Positions 56,993 through 64,000 of a stretch of 64,000 bases of DNA are shown here, piece after piece. Where the stretch lies: sequence record PP695294.1; one strand, 5' to 3'. A program made the translations under genes and the position numbers. How positions within the stretch are numbered: the first letter of the stretch is position 1; each line of letters starts with the position of its first letter. The notes beneath the pieces were generated by a model. The model did no database searches. It was given only the letters and a program-made list of their open reading frames with translations, and was not told where the DNA came from.

Positions 56993-57403
56993 ATGAAACA
57001 TTTTTTATTACCAGTTTTACTTGCTACTCTGGCCATTAGCTTCTTCGCTCGTGCTGGAAGTATTGAGTTACCAAAAGTTGTTAACGATCACGAATACGGC
57101 GGGCCGTTCTGGTGCCAGAACTCTGACGTACAAGGTGGTAGCTGTCAGATCGTTGCGATGTCCGATAACAACCGTTATCTGTTAGTGAAAACGATGGGCG
57201 GTGTCGCATGTGGCGACCCTGAATACGGGGTCATTAACATGGCAACCGGGCAAGCCGAATCCATGAACTATAATGATAACCAAGCCTGCAGTGGTGAAGC
57301 CGTTGCCGAGTTTACTCGCGACCCAGGCGATAATGCCCTGACGGTTATCATGTATGACCCTACGATTAAGAAAAATGTAGGCATCAATAAACTCGACTTT
57401 TAA
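56993..57403 (+). CDS. Secreted/periplasmic protein, Cys-pair family member 3
   Basis: Signal peptide ending ARA; PFWC..C..ACGDPEY..AC. Confidence 0.8.
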   Translation: MKHFLLPVLLATLAISFFARAGSIELPKVVNDHEYGGPFWCQNSDVQGGSCQIVAMSDNNRYLLVKTMGGVACGDPEYGVINMATGQAESMNYNDNQACSGEAVAEFTRDPGDNALTVIMYDPTIKKNVGINKLDF

Positions 57404-57416
57404 GTAAGGAAACAAC

Positions 57417-57800
57417 ATGCGTGGATTTATGGGTATTATCGTGGCGGTGTTCTTTACCGCTTCTGCTTCAGCTACAACTAGCGTAGAAGATTTACTGCCA
57501 GGTACACCGTATCAGTACAACCCGCCTTCGTTCGAAGTCTGTACTGGCGACGATGGTAGATGTGAAGAAGTCAGCCGGCACGACGAGTACATCCTAGTCC
57601 ACGCAAAGGGCGAGGAAACTTGTCCGGCAGGTTACTACTTTCTGTTGAACTCAAAGGCACAAGAGATTGTGCCAGTAGAGACAATAACGTGCGACCCGAC
57701 GCTTCGCGCGTCGCTCGCTTACAATACGAAAACCAAACAACGCCTCCTGGTTATTGAACAGCAAGGGGTGGTGCGTGGTTCAGTAGCGCTCGACCAGTAA
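57417..57800 (+). CDS. Secreted/periplasmic protein, Cys-pair family member 4
   Basis: Signal peptide ending ASA; FEVC..C..TCPAGYY..TC. Confidence 0.8.
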   Translation: MRGFMGIIVAVFFTASASATTSVEDLLPGTPYQYNPPSFEVCTGDDGRCEEVSRHDEYILVHAKGEETCPAGYYFLLNSKAQEIVPVETITCDPTLRASLAYNTKTKQRLLVIEQQGVVRGSVALDQ

Positions 57801-57812
57801 CCGAAAAGTTTT

Positions 57813-57851
57813 CAGACAGATGTTATAACGTGAGATGACGACCCATCTCAC
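57813..57851 (+). promoter_or_regulatory. Putative phage promoter motif with downstream hairpin
   Basis: CAGACAGATGTTATAACGTGAG; GTGAGATG-acgacc-CATCTCAC stem. Confidence 0.55.
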
Positions 57852-57929
57852 TTTGGCCCTGCGGTGATTTCCCCAACACTTAGCCGCAGGGTCCTTTTTA
57901 ATCGACTATTACTCGTAAGGATTAAGCAA

Positions 57930-58430
57930 ATGAACATGAACATTCTCGACGATACCCGTTCTTCTTTCTTTACTCAGATGAACGTCAATCCCGAACGTAC
58001 CCGTGCCATTCTTTCCACTGGCTGGAAGTTAAAGCTGTTAGGCGAGTTAACCCTAAACCGCACCGACTGGCCAGAAGAAGCGACCGTATTGATTAACAGC
58101 ATTCACAGCGAGTGGCTAGATGCTGCGTTGAATGCCCCACAACTACGTCCGTACTATCGGATGCTTCATGCGGGTTATGAAGTATACCGCAAAGGTTGGT
58201 ACGCTGCAGCCACTTATTGCAAAACCCCTGAAGGTCGTGAAGACAACACTGTCGACCACGTATTAGTAAACAATTTCTGGGGCGACCAAATCGAAGTCTT
58301 ACAACTTTCCACCGGTGACCGTATTCCGGCCTGTGAGTTATTCGAAACTAACGCACAAATGTACGAACCATATGCAATGATTCGTGGCCGTAAGGTCCCA
58401 ATCATTTCCCTTATGCATATGGGGCTGTAA
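57930..58430 (+). CDS. Hypothetical protein
   Basis: AAGGA RBS before ATG 57930. Confidence 0.8.
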   Translation: MNMNILDDTRSSFFTQMNVNPERTRAILSTGWKLKLLGELTLNRTDWPEEATVLINSIHSEWLDAALNAPQLRPYYRMLHAGYEVYRKGWYAAATYCKTPEGREDNTVDHVLVNNFWGDQIEVLQLSTGDRIPACELFETNAQMYEPYAMIRGRKVPIISLMHMGL

Positions 58431-58436
58431 ATACGA

Positions 58437-58467
58437 GAGGTAGCCTACGGGCTACCTTCTTTTTTTT
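58437..58467 (+). terminator. Intrinsic terminator
   Basis: AGGTAGCC-TACG-GGCTACCT plus T tract. Confidence 0.85.
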
Positions 58468-58485
58468 GTTGAAGAAGGATTAAAC

Positions 58486-59112
58486 ATGAACGAGATTACC
58501 CTGATTCGTTTCATCGACGACATGGTGACGTGTCAGAAAGCGAATCGTCAGGATACCAAACTGCGTATCAATCTGATGGAAGAAGAGGTAGAAGGGTTTC
58601 TGGAATACCCGCGATTGGTGAAGTGGTTTAAAGAAGCACTGCCGCGTAGCTGGGAACAGCTAGAAGCGTGGTTTGCTCTACCTATTGCGGAACGTAACCC
58701 TAACAATACGATCTTTACCGGAACCACTGCATTAGATTTGGCTGGTTCGGTGGAGCAACCTAAACGTTTAGTTTTCTTCTACGTCAATGGCGATTCAATA
58801 ATGGCTGATACAGTTAACTGGATTTCTGATGAGTTAACTGTAAACACCACTTTGGTCGGTAGCGCTGCTGATGCCTGGGTTGTTGGCCAGCACCAATCGC
58901 AACCGTACGAAGAAATCAAAACCGGTTATTTAATCCCGATATATCTCGACGGCGTGGCACCGGGTCGTAGCGCAGAACTGTTCAAATTCCTGCTTACTGA
59001 AACGTTAAAGGTTGTCGATTCTGATGCCGGACGTGCGTGGTACGAATTAACCAAAGAGCGCACCGATAGTTTTTGGGAATCACTCGGACACCGTAAGTTT
59101 ATTCCGCAATAA
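58486..59112 (+). CDS. Hypothetical protein
   Basis: 208 aa with AAGGA RBS. Confidence 0.8.
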   Translation: MNEITLIRFIDDMVTCQKANRQDTKLRINLMEEEVEGFLEYPRLVKWFKEALPRSWEQLEAWFALPIAERNPNNTIFTGTTALDLAGSVEQPKRLVFFYVNGDSIMADTVNWISDELTVNTTLVGSAADAWVVGQHQSQPYEEIKTGYLIPIYLDGVAPGRSAELFKFLLTETLKVVDSDAGRAWYELTKERTDSFWESLGHRKFIPQ

Positions 59113-59122
59113 CTCTCCTCTC

Positions 59123-59155
59123 TGGAACCCTTCGGGGTTCCATTTCTTCTTTTTT
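59123..59155 (+). terminator. Intrinsic terminator
   Basis: TGGAACCC-TTCG-GGGTTCCA plus T tract. Confidence 0.85.
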
Positions 59156-59208
59156 ACGCATGACCTTTTGGATATGAACGACTAATACTTTCTCATTAGA
59201 AGGCAAAC

Positions 59209-61719
59209 ATGCTCAAGGTCGAACGTATCATTTTGAAAGGATTTACCGGCATGGGGTTACATGAAATCGAAACGTTTGATTTCACCCTTAAGTCAACCGT
59301 TACCATCATCCTCGGTGGCAACGGCTGCGGTAAAACAAGCCTCCTATCTGTTTTTCTCCCCTTAGCTCCAGCAAAATCAGAATTCCGTGAAGGTGGTTCC
59401 TACACTAACTACGCGTTAGTTGGGGACGACCGTCTTAAGTTTGAAGTCCTGCGACGCGGGTCTTCTTTGTCTTGTAGTATTTTCAATATCACTAAAGGTG
59501 TCTCCATCGTAGACTCGGTAAACGCCAAAGTTTACAACTCCATGGTGGAGCAATTAACCGGAATCACCAAAGAAATCAAAGAGTTAATTAATGGTGAGAC
59601 CTTATTAACTGACGCCACTACCGAAGTTCGTCGTAAATGGTTTACGTTAATGTCAGAATCTGATCTGACGTACGTTGTTGGTTGCTATCGACGTTTGCGT
59701 AAACTCGCTTCCAGTTTAAGTGGGGCCATTGAGCACACCGGACGAAAAATCGGCGAAGCAAAAATGCGCGTCGTTGATGATGAAGAAGATCGTGCACGTT
59801 TAGAAGTTCGTTTGAAAGAACTCGATGCTGAGCTTCAGGAACTAAACCGTACCATTGAAGCGAGACCCGGTTTAGATAACGCCGTTTCGGTTGATAGTAT
59901 CCGGAAACGCATTGCTTCGTTGCAACCGGCTGTAAAACTCATTATGGAACGTTATGGTGTTCTGCCTTCTGACGAACTGATTAACGAGTTTCAAAGTCGT
60001 GTAGTTGCCTGGCGTGAGCAAGCTGCCTCTGCTGAAACTGAATGCAACATGTACAATAAAGAGTTGTCACAGCTACTGGATGAGGAGTCGCGTCAAGCGT
60101 ATCTGATGCGCAACCATACCGGTCTAAAACAAACAATCGACAGCTTAAAACAGGAACTGGCAACGTTCCAACAGAACTGGATGTTCCCGGCTCTGTTTGA
60201 AGGTACCCGCATTGATGTGGATAGCATTCAGAACGCGTTAAACGATGCCTGTAACTGGAATTTACCGTTGTCCATGCATCTGGACCAGTTAAAGACAACA
60301 GATCGCCTGGGAGCGTTAGAGAAGCGTTTACAGGGTATGGATTTAACCTCTGCGGGTCTATCTGAAAAGCTGCAACGTTGTGAGAATGTGCTACACGGTT
60401 TATACCACGACCGTCAACACTTCTTAGAAACTGCAGAAGTTGATTGTCCACAGTGTAACCACCGTTTCCGTCCTGGGATTCGTAAGTCGTTACCTGAAAT
60501 TGAAAAGGCCATCAACGATAATGAAGGTTGGAAGAAGCAGCTGAAAGACGAAATGGATAGTCTTTTGCGTGACCGCAAAGAGATTGAAGAGGACGTCCGT
60601 AGCTTACGTACGATTCGCGAAATCGTCATGTCGTATTCCAACCATCCTGTTGTCGGTTTGTTTTTCCGTAAACTGCAGGAGCTGGATATCTTCACCACGG
60701 CGCGGGATCGTTATGGTGCCATTGCACGTGCCTTTACTGAAGAGCTAGATTCGGCCATGATGTATCTGCGTCAATCGGCGAAGCTTGCAACAGCGGAACG
60801 GGAATGGCAAGAGGCTGTTGCCGCAGTAGGTAACGTTGATGGTGCGCTGAGCCAGAAAATTGAACATATCCGTTCACAACTGGACGGGGCTAACCGTCGA
60901 CTGATAGAATACCGCAGACAAGCCAATGAGCTGGAACGCGAAACCACCCAACTGCAACAAACCAAAGAAGCAATCGAACGTTTCCAAAAAGGCTACGAAC
61001 ATCTGGTATCGGAAATGAACATCTCCGTTAACAACGTCGTGGTTCGCGAGTTGTTAAACCGACGCGAAGCGAAGCTCGATGCGTACACTTCCGCTCGTGA
61101 ACGGTTTCGTCAAATGGAAGGGGCTATTGCACGTTTAGCGGAACTGGAAAAAGAGCAAGCTGAGTTGCTCAAAGAACACCACCATGCCAGATTGATTATC
61201 AATGCCGTCTCACCCGAAAAAGGATTATTGCGTCGTTACTTTTATGCTGCGATTACCCGCATCATGGATTTAATGAATCGGTATATCGAAATGGTGTGGG
61301 CATATCCGATGCAGGTTATTCCATGCGATCTAACCGACGGGGATTTGGATTATACTTTCCCGGTGCGATTAAAAGACCATGAAGAACTGGTGCCGGATGT
61401 GAAGAAAGGTTCGAAGGCACAGCGTATTATCTTTAACATGATGTTTCGTTTAACGGCGTATAAAGCGCTTGGTTTACAAAACTATCCTTTGTTATTGGAT
61501 GAACCCTCTGAAGGCATGGATGAAGAACACAAAAATCGACTGGTCAACTTCATTAAATCGTTGGCGTTGTCGGGAGAGTTTTCTCAATTGCTGGTCGTTT
61601 CGCATGAAGCGGAAGTTCATTCTAAACTTAACGAAGCCACCTACTGTGTCGTAGAACCAGAAGGTGTAACGCTTCCACCGGTGTATAACGAAGGGGTAAT
61701 AATCAAATATGCATCATAA
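59209..61719 (+). CDS. sbcC: SbcC/Rad50-like SMC ATPase (recombination/repair nuclease subunit)
   Basis: Walker A GGNGCGKTS, central coiled coil with CPQC zinc hook, Walker B LLLDEP, H-loop VVSH. Confidence 0.92.
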   Translation: MLKVERIILKGFTGMGLHEIETFDFTLKSTVTIILGGNGCGKTSLLSVFLPLAPAKSEFREGGSYTNYALVGDDRLKFEVLRRGSSLSCSIFNITKGVSIVDSVNAKVYNSMVEQLTGITKEIKELINGETLLTDATTEVRRKWFTLMSESDLTYVVGCYRRLRKLASSLSGAIEHTGRKIGEAKMRVVDDEEDRARLEVRLKELDAELQELNRTIEARPGLDNAVSVDSIRKRIASLQPAVKLIMERYGVLPSDELINEFQSRVVAWREQAASAETECNMYNKELSQLLDEESRQAYLMRNHTGLKQTIDSLKQELATFQQNWMFPALFEGTRIDVDSIQNALNDACNWNLPLSMHLDQLKTTDRLGALEKRLQGMDLTSAGLSEKLQRCENVLHGLYHDRQHFLETAEVDCPQCNHRFRPGIRKSLPEIEKAINDNEGWKKQLKDEMDSLLRDRKEIEEDVRSLRTIREIVMSYSNHPVVGLFFRKLQELDIFTTARDRYGAIARAFTEELDSAMMYLRQSAKLATAEREWQEAVAAVGNVDGALSQKIEHIRSQLDGANRRLIEYRRQANELERETTQLQQTKEAIERFQKGYEHLVSEMNISVNNVVVRELLNRREAKLDAYTSARERFRQMEGAIARLAELEKEQAELLKEHHHARLIINAVSPEKGLLRRYFYAAITRIMDLMNRYIEMVWAYPMQVIPCDLTDGDLDYTFPVRLKDHEELVPDVKKGSKAQRIIFNMMFRLTAYKALGLQNYPLLLDEPSEGMDEEHKNRLVNFIKSLALSGEFSQLLVVSHEAEVHSKLNEATYCVVEPEGVTLPPVYNEGVIIKYAS

Positions 61720-61900
61720 AGGTTGGCGCTTATGGGCTTGGTGGGGTTTTCAGTTCCTTCAGTTTGTTGTGATGGTACTGTACCTCTCCTTTTGTGCAGC
61801 CGTGGTGGTTATCGCTGCGGTTGTCTATTTAGCCTCTGCTCTTAAAGAACGCCTTTTTGACACGCGTTGTGAGTGGCGAGATATAGGAGAACGGACATGA
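61709..61900 (+). CDS. Small membrane protein
   Basis: 63 aa with a long hydrophobic stretch; overlaps the sbcC stop. Confidence 0.65.
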   Translation: MHHKGWRLWAWWGFQFLQFVVMVLYLSFCAAVVVIAAVVYLASALKERLFDTRCEWRDIGERT

Positions 61901-62001
61901 TTGAAGGTATCGTATTAACCGGTATTGCACTGTGGTTGATTCGTGGTGCCTGGGGTTGGATTATCCGCACGAAAGGATGGGCATTCCATGGCAAGACGTA
62001 A
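61897..62001 (+). CDS. 34-aa membrane micro-protein
   Basis: AGGAG RBS, ATGA overlap; MIEGIVLTGIALWLIRGAWGW... Confidence 0.55.
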   Translation: MIEGIVLTGIALWLIRGAWGWIIRTKGWAFHGKT

Positions 62002-62191
62002 ACCTGGTCGTTTAAAGTTTTGGGCAGTTGTGGTAATGCACACTGTGGTGCTACTGGGTATTTTCATGTCTCGCGCTACGCCTGCCTTTTGGGGCTTAGT
62101 TGTTTTGGTGTTCTTAGAAGGGGTTTACTTCGGTAATCTGTGGAGCAAGCCCCCGCGTTTAAGGGACCCGGCTTATGACAGTCGTGAATAG
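61988..62191 (+). CDS. 67-aa two-TM membrane protein
   Basis: MARRKPGRLKFWAVVVMHTVVLLGIF..FWGLVVLVFLEGVYF. Confidence 0.6.
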   Translation: MARRKPGRLKFWAVVVMHTVVLLGIFMSRATPAFWGLVVLVFLEGVYFGNLWSKPPRLRDPAYDSRE

Positions 62192-62306
62192 TGTCAACGC
62201 AGCCATGATTGCAACAGGTGCGTATGATGGTGCCACCTGGACAGACCTTGGCATTACGATTATCATCTGTGCAATCGGAGCATTTCTGGCATCATGGTTA
62301 TTTTAG
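62175..62306 (+). CDS. 43-aa membrane micro-protein
   Basis: Overlaps the previous stop; C-terminal TM LGITIIICAIGAFLASWLF. Confidence 0.5.
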   Translation: MTVVNSVNAAMIATGAYDGATWTDLGITIIICAIGAFLASWLF

Positions 62307-62401
62307 TGAAGTGGGTTGGGTGTATCATCTGTAGCCTGGTACTAGGAGCAGGCGCATACGCCCTAGGCGCAATCCTTGCATTGACGCAAGGTTGGTTTTA
62401 A
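62306..62401 (+). CDS. 31-aa membrane micro-protein
   Basis: TAGTG stop/start coupling; MKWVGCIICSLVLGAGAYALGAILALTQGWF. Confidence 0.45.
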   Translation: MKWVGCIICSLVLGAGAYALGAILALTQGWF

Positions 62402-62844
62402 CAGGAGGGTAATTACGAAGTGGGAGAAGTATCATGTGACAGTGAAACAGTCTCTGATCCCGTGGTCGTGGGTTCAGGGGCGGCCGAGCCAACCCGGCGT
62501 ATCGTTCTTTCGAGTGTGGGGATGGCTATAGGGTCTTCAAAGAACCTTCTAGCAGACATCGCGGAAGTCTGCGGGCCGGATGATTTTGCAGTTTCACGCA
62601 CAGTCGGGGAAGACTGGCGTGGTAATCAGAAGCGCCATGAGCGAATGTGGCGACGGAAGGTTACCTCAGCATCGCGACGTTTTCAACGACGTTGCTGATT
62701 AAAGACACGGTTCCGATAGAGAACTGGTCTTTACCTGCAGCGGTATACACCGCTAAGCTTTACCGGTAAACTTAAGAAAACACAAACGCAATTCTTCGTT
62801 ACTCGCTTTCATCGCAGGTGAAAGCTCACTTAGGAATTCAGCTC

Positions 62845-63333
62845 ATGGCCGAAATTGTCATTCTTTCCTCATCTTCAGATTTAACGGAAGCACAAAATAA
62901 ACAGCTGTTGGGGCTGCATTATAAATTTCTGAACCACCAACGTACCATACTCCATATCGAAAAAGGTGAGATTCCGAACCTCACTCTGGAGAAACTGTTG
63001 GCGGGGAACCGTGCTTGCGTTGCTCTGGAAGGGGGCACCCCTGTTGGTTACTGTTTGTATCGCGTAATCGCTGGGGTTCTGAAGATTCGTACGATGTTCG
63101 TGTCCGAAATGGCACGCCGTCGCAAAACGATGACGCAGATTTTTGATGCGCTTGATGTGAATGAACAGTTCACCAGTGCGCATGGGGGAATATACGCTTG
63201 CCAGGAAGCTGGTATTGCGTTCTTTACCGCTCGCGGTTTTGACAAGACCGTCTCTACAGACGGACAATGGCTTGAATTTAAGAAGCAGGTTCCTGCGGAA
63301 GCAGATGAACCTTTAAGGACTGCGGTAGCATAG
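62845..63333 (+). CDS. GNAT family N-acetyltransferase
   Basis: VGYCLY, IRTMFVSEMARRR (motif A-like) and AGIAFFTARGF (motif B). Confidence 0.75.
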   Translation: MAEIVILSSSSDLTEAQNKQLLGLHYKFLNHQRTILHIEKGEIPNLTLEKLLAGNRACVALEGGTPVGYCLYRVIAGVLKIRTMFVSEMARRRKTMTQIFDALDVNEQFTSAHGGIYACQEAGIAFFTARGFDKTVSTDGQWLEFKKQVPAEADEPLRTAVA

Positions 63334-63403
63334 TCCTGTTTTAGCACTCCTTACGATTATGCCTCACTATGAGTGGGGTATTTTTACGCGAGGAGTGCTA
63401 TTT

Positions 63404-63613
63404 ATGTTTCACCGTCCTGGGTTTTCAGCTTTAAACACCGATGTCTGTTGGGCTGAGTACGAGCGGGTGAAGGAGTTCTTACCCGTAAATCCAAAACACA
63501 TCAACGTGGGTACTATCGGGCGTGTTGCGTTCGATGATACTCCGCTGAGTACGTGTATTAAAGCTGCGCTTGGTACGCTGCCAGCGTCTATAGTGTTTGA
63601 GGAATTAAAATGA
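63404..63613 (+). CDS. 69-aa protein with an EF-Tu N-terminus-like segment
   Basis: GAGGAG RBS before ATG 63404; KHINVGTIGRVAFDDTPLSTCI resembles EF-Tu [22 protein letters not shown]. Confidence 0.6.
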   Translation: MFHRPGFSALNTDVCWAEYERVKEFLPVNPKHINVGTIGRVAFDDTPLSTCIKAALGTLPASIVFEELK

Positions 63614-64000
63614 CGGACGTTCGTGTTGACATATATGGGGAAATTCATACCACGGCCGATCGTAATCGTGTTGAATGGGCGATCATCGATAACCATCGGA
63701 AAAAACCATACGATTTTTTACTGTGTGAAGAACTGGGGCCGTATGAACATCACACTGCAAAAGCGCAAGATAAGGCATTAAAGGAGAAGATGTACTCTAT
63801 TGGGCCCATGGGGCTGGAGTTGGCTAAGAAACTCGGCATCCCTGCTATTGGGATCGATGACTGGAGCGACGCAACCTACGCTAAAGATATCAAGGATAAA
63901 AAGGGAATGGCTGTAAACTTTAGCCGTTCTTTTTATATTCGTGAAACTAAAATGGTTGCAAAAATTAAAAAGTATATGGCAAAAGGGCGTTGTGCTGTTA
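63610..64000 (+). CDS. Truncated at window end; possible TIKI/TraB/ChaN/EreA-like fold protein
   Basis: Open to the window end; IYGEIH..LLCEEL..IGID..RETKM pattern. Confidence 0.55.
   Translation, partial: MTDVRVDIYGEIHTTADRNRVEWAIIDNHRKKPYDFLLCEELGPYEHHTAKAQDKALKEKMYSIGPMGLELAKKLGIPAIGIDDWSDATYAKDIKDKKGMAVNFSRSFYIRETKMVAKIKKYMAKGRCAV

Noticed and set aside
62420-62698. 92-aa plus-strand ORF (or 58 aa from ATG 62522)
   Set aside because: Competing frames and no clear RBS; cannot choose a reading
1-64000. Genome-wide stop-codon reassignment (prompted by the in-frame tag after TAA at 25648)
   Set aside because: TAA, TAG and TGA all end genes cleanly at positions matching paralogue ends and next-gene starts
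1-64000. tRNA, rRNA, integrase, transposase or intron
   Set aside because: No cloverleaf, rRNA-like or recombinase motifs recognised by eye; tRNAscan was not run

Overview
This window is a collinear piece of a lytic enterobacterial jumbo phage of the phiKZ-related group. Gene sizes and content recall Salmonella phage SPN3US/SEGD1-type genomes; that assignment is from memory, not a database search. Layout: (1) 1-5.6 kb, small early-type hypothetical genes behind a conserved CAGA..ATRTYAY..GTGA promoter motif. (2) 5.7-25.7 kb, an expanded array of paralogous virion/fibre proteins, including a triplicated three-gene cassette, a relic fourth copy and a T-even gp38-like glycine-rich adhesin. (3) 25.7-29 kb, two peptidoglycan hydrolases (GH108, M15), DUF1353, micro-ORFs and an antisense lipoprotein. 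(4) 29.1-49 kb on the minus strand, four phiKZ gp131-like tail-fibre paralogues running directly into an eight-gene module. That module has three Cys/Ser/Gly CxxxC-repeat peptides with a shared leader, two radical SAM enzymes (one SPASM), two unknown proteins and a DUF4376 protein. This RiPP-like modification system wired to a tail-fibre operon is the standout feature. (5) 49-52 kb, a virion protein, a DUF1471 protein and an HxH-tipped baseplate spike. (6) 52-64 kb, early-type genes: an ART-like domain, four disulfide-type secreted paralogues, SbcC/Rad50, tiny membrane ORFs, a GNAT, a 69-aa protein resembling the EF-Tu N-terminus, and a truncated TIKI/ChaN-like gene. No tRNA, rRNA, CRISPR array, integrase or transposase was seen. 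All family assignments are by-eye motif recognition.
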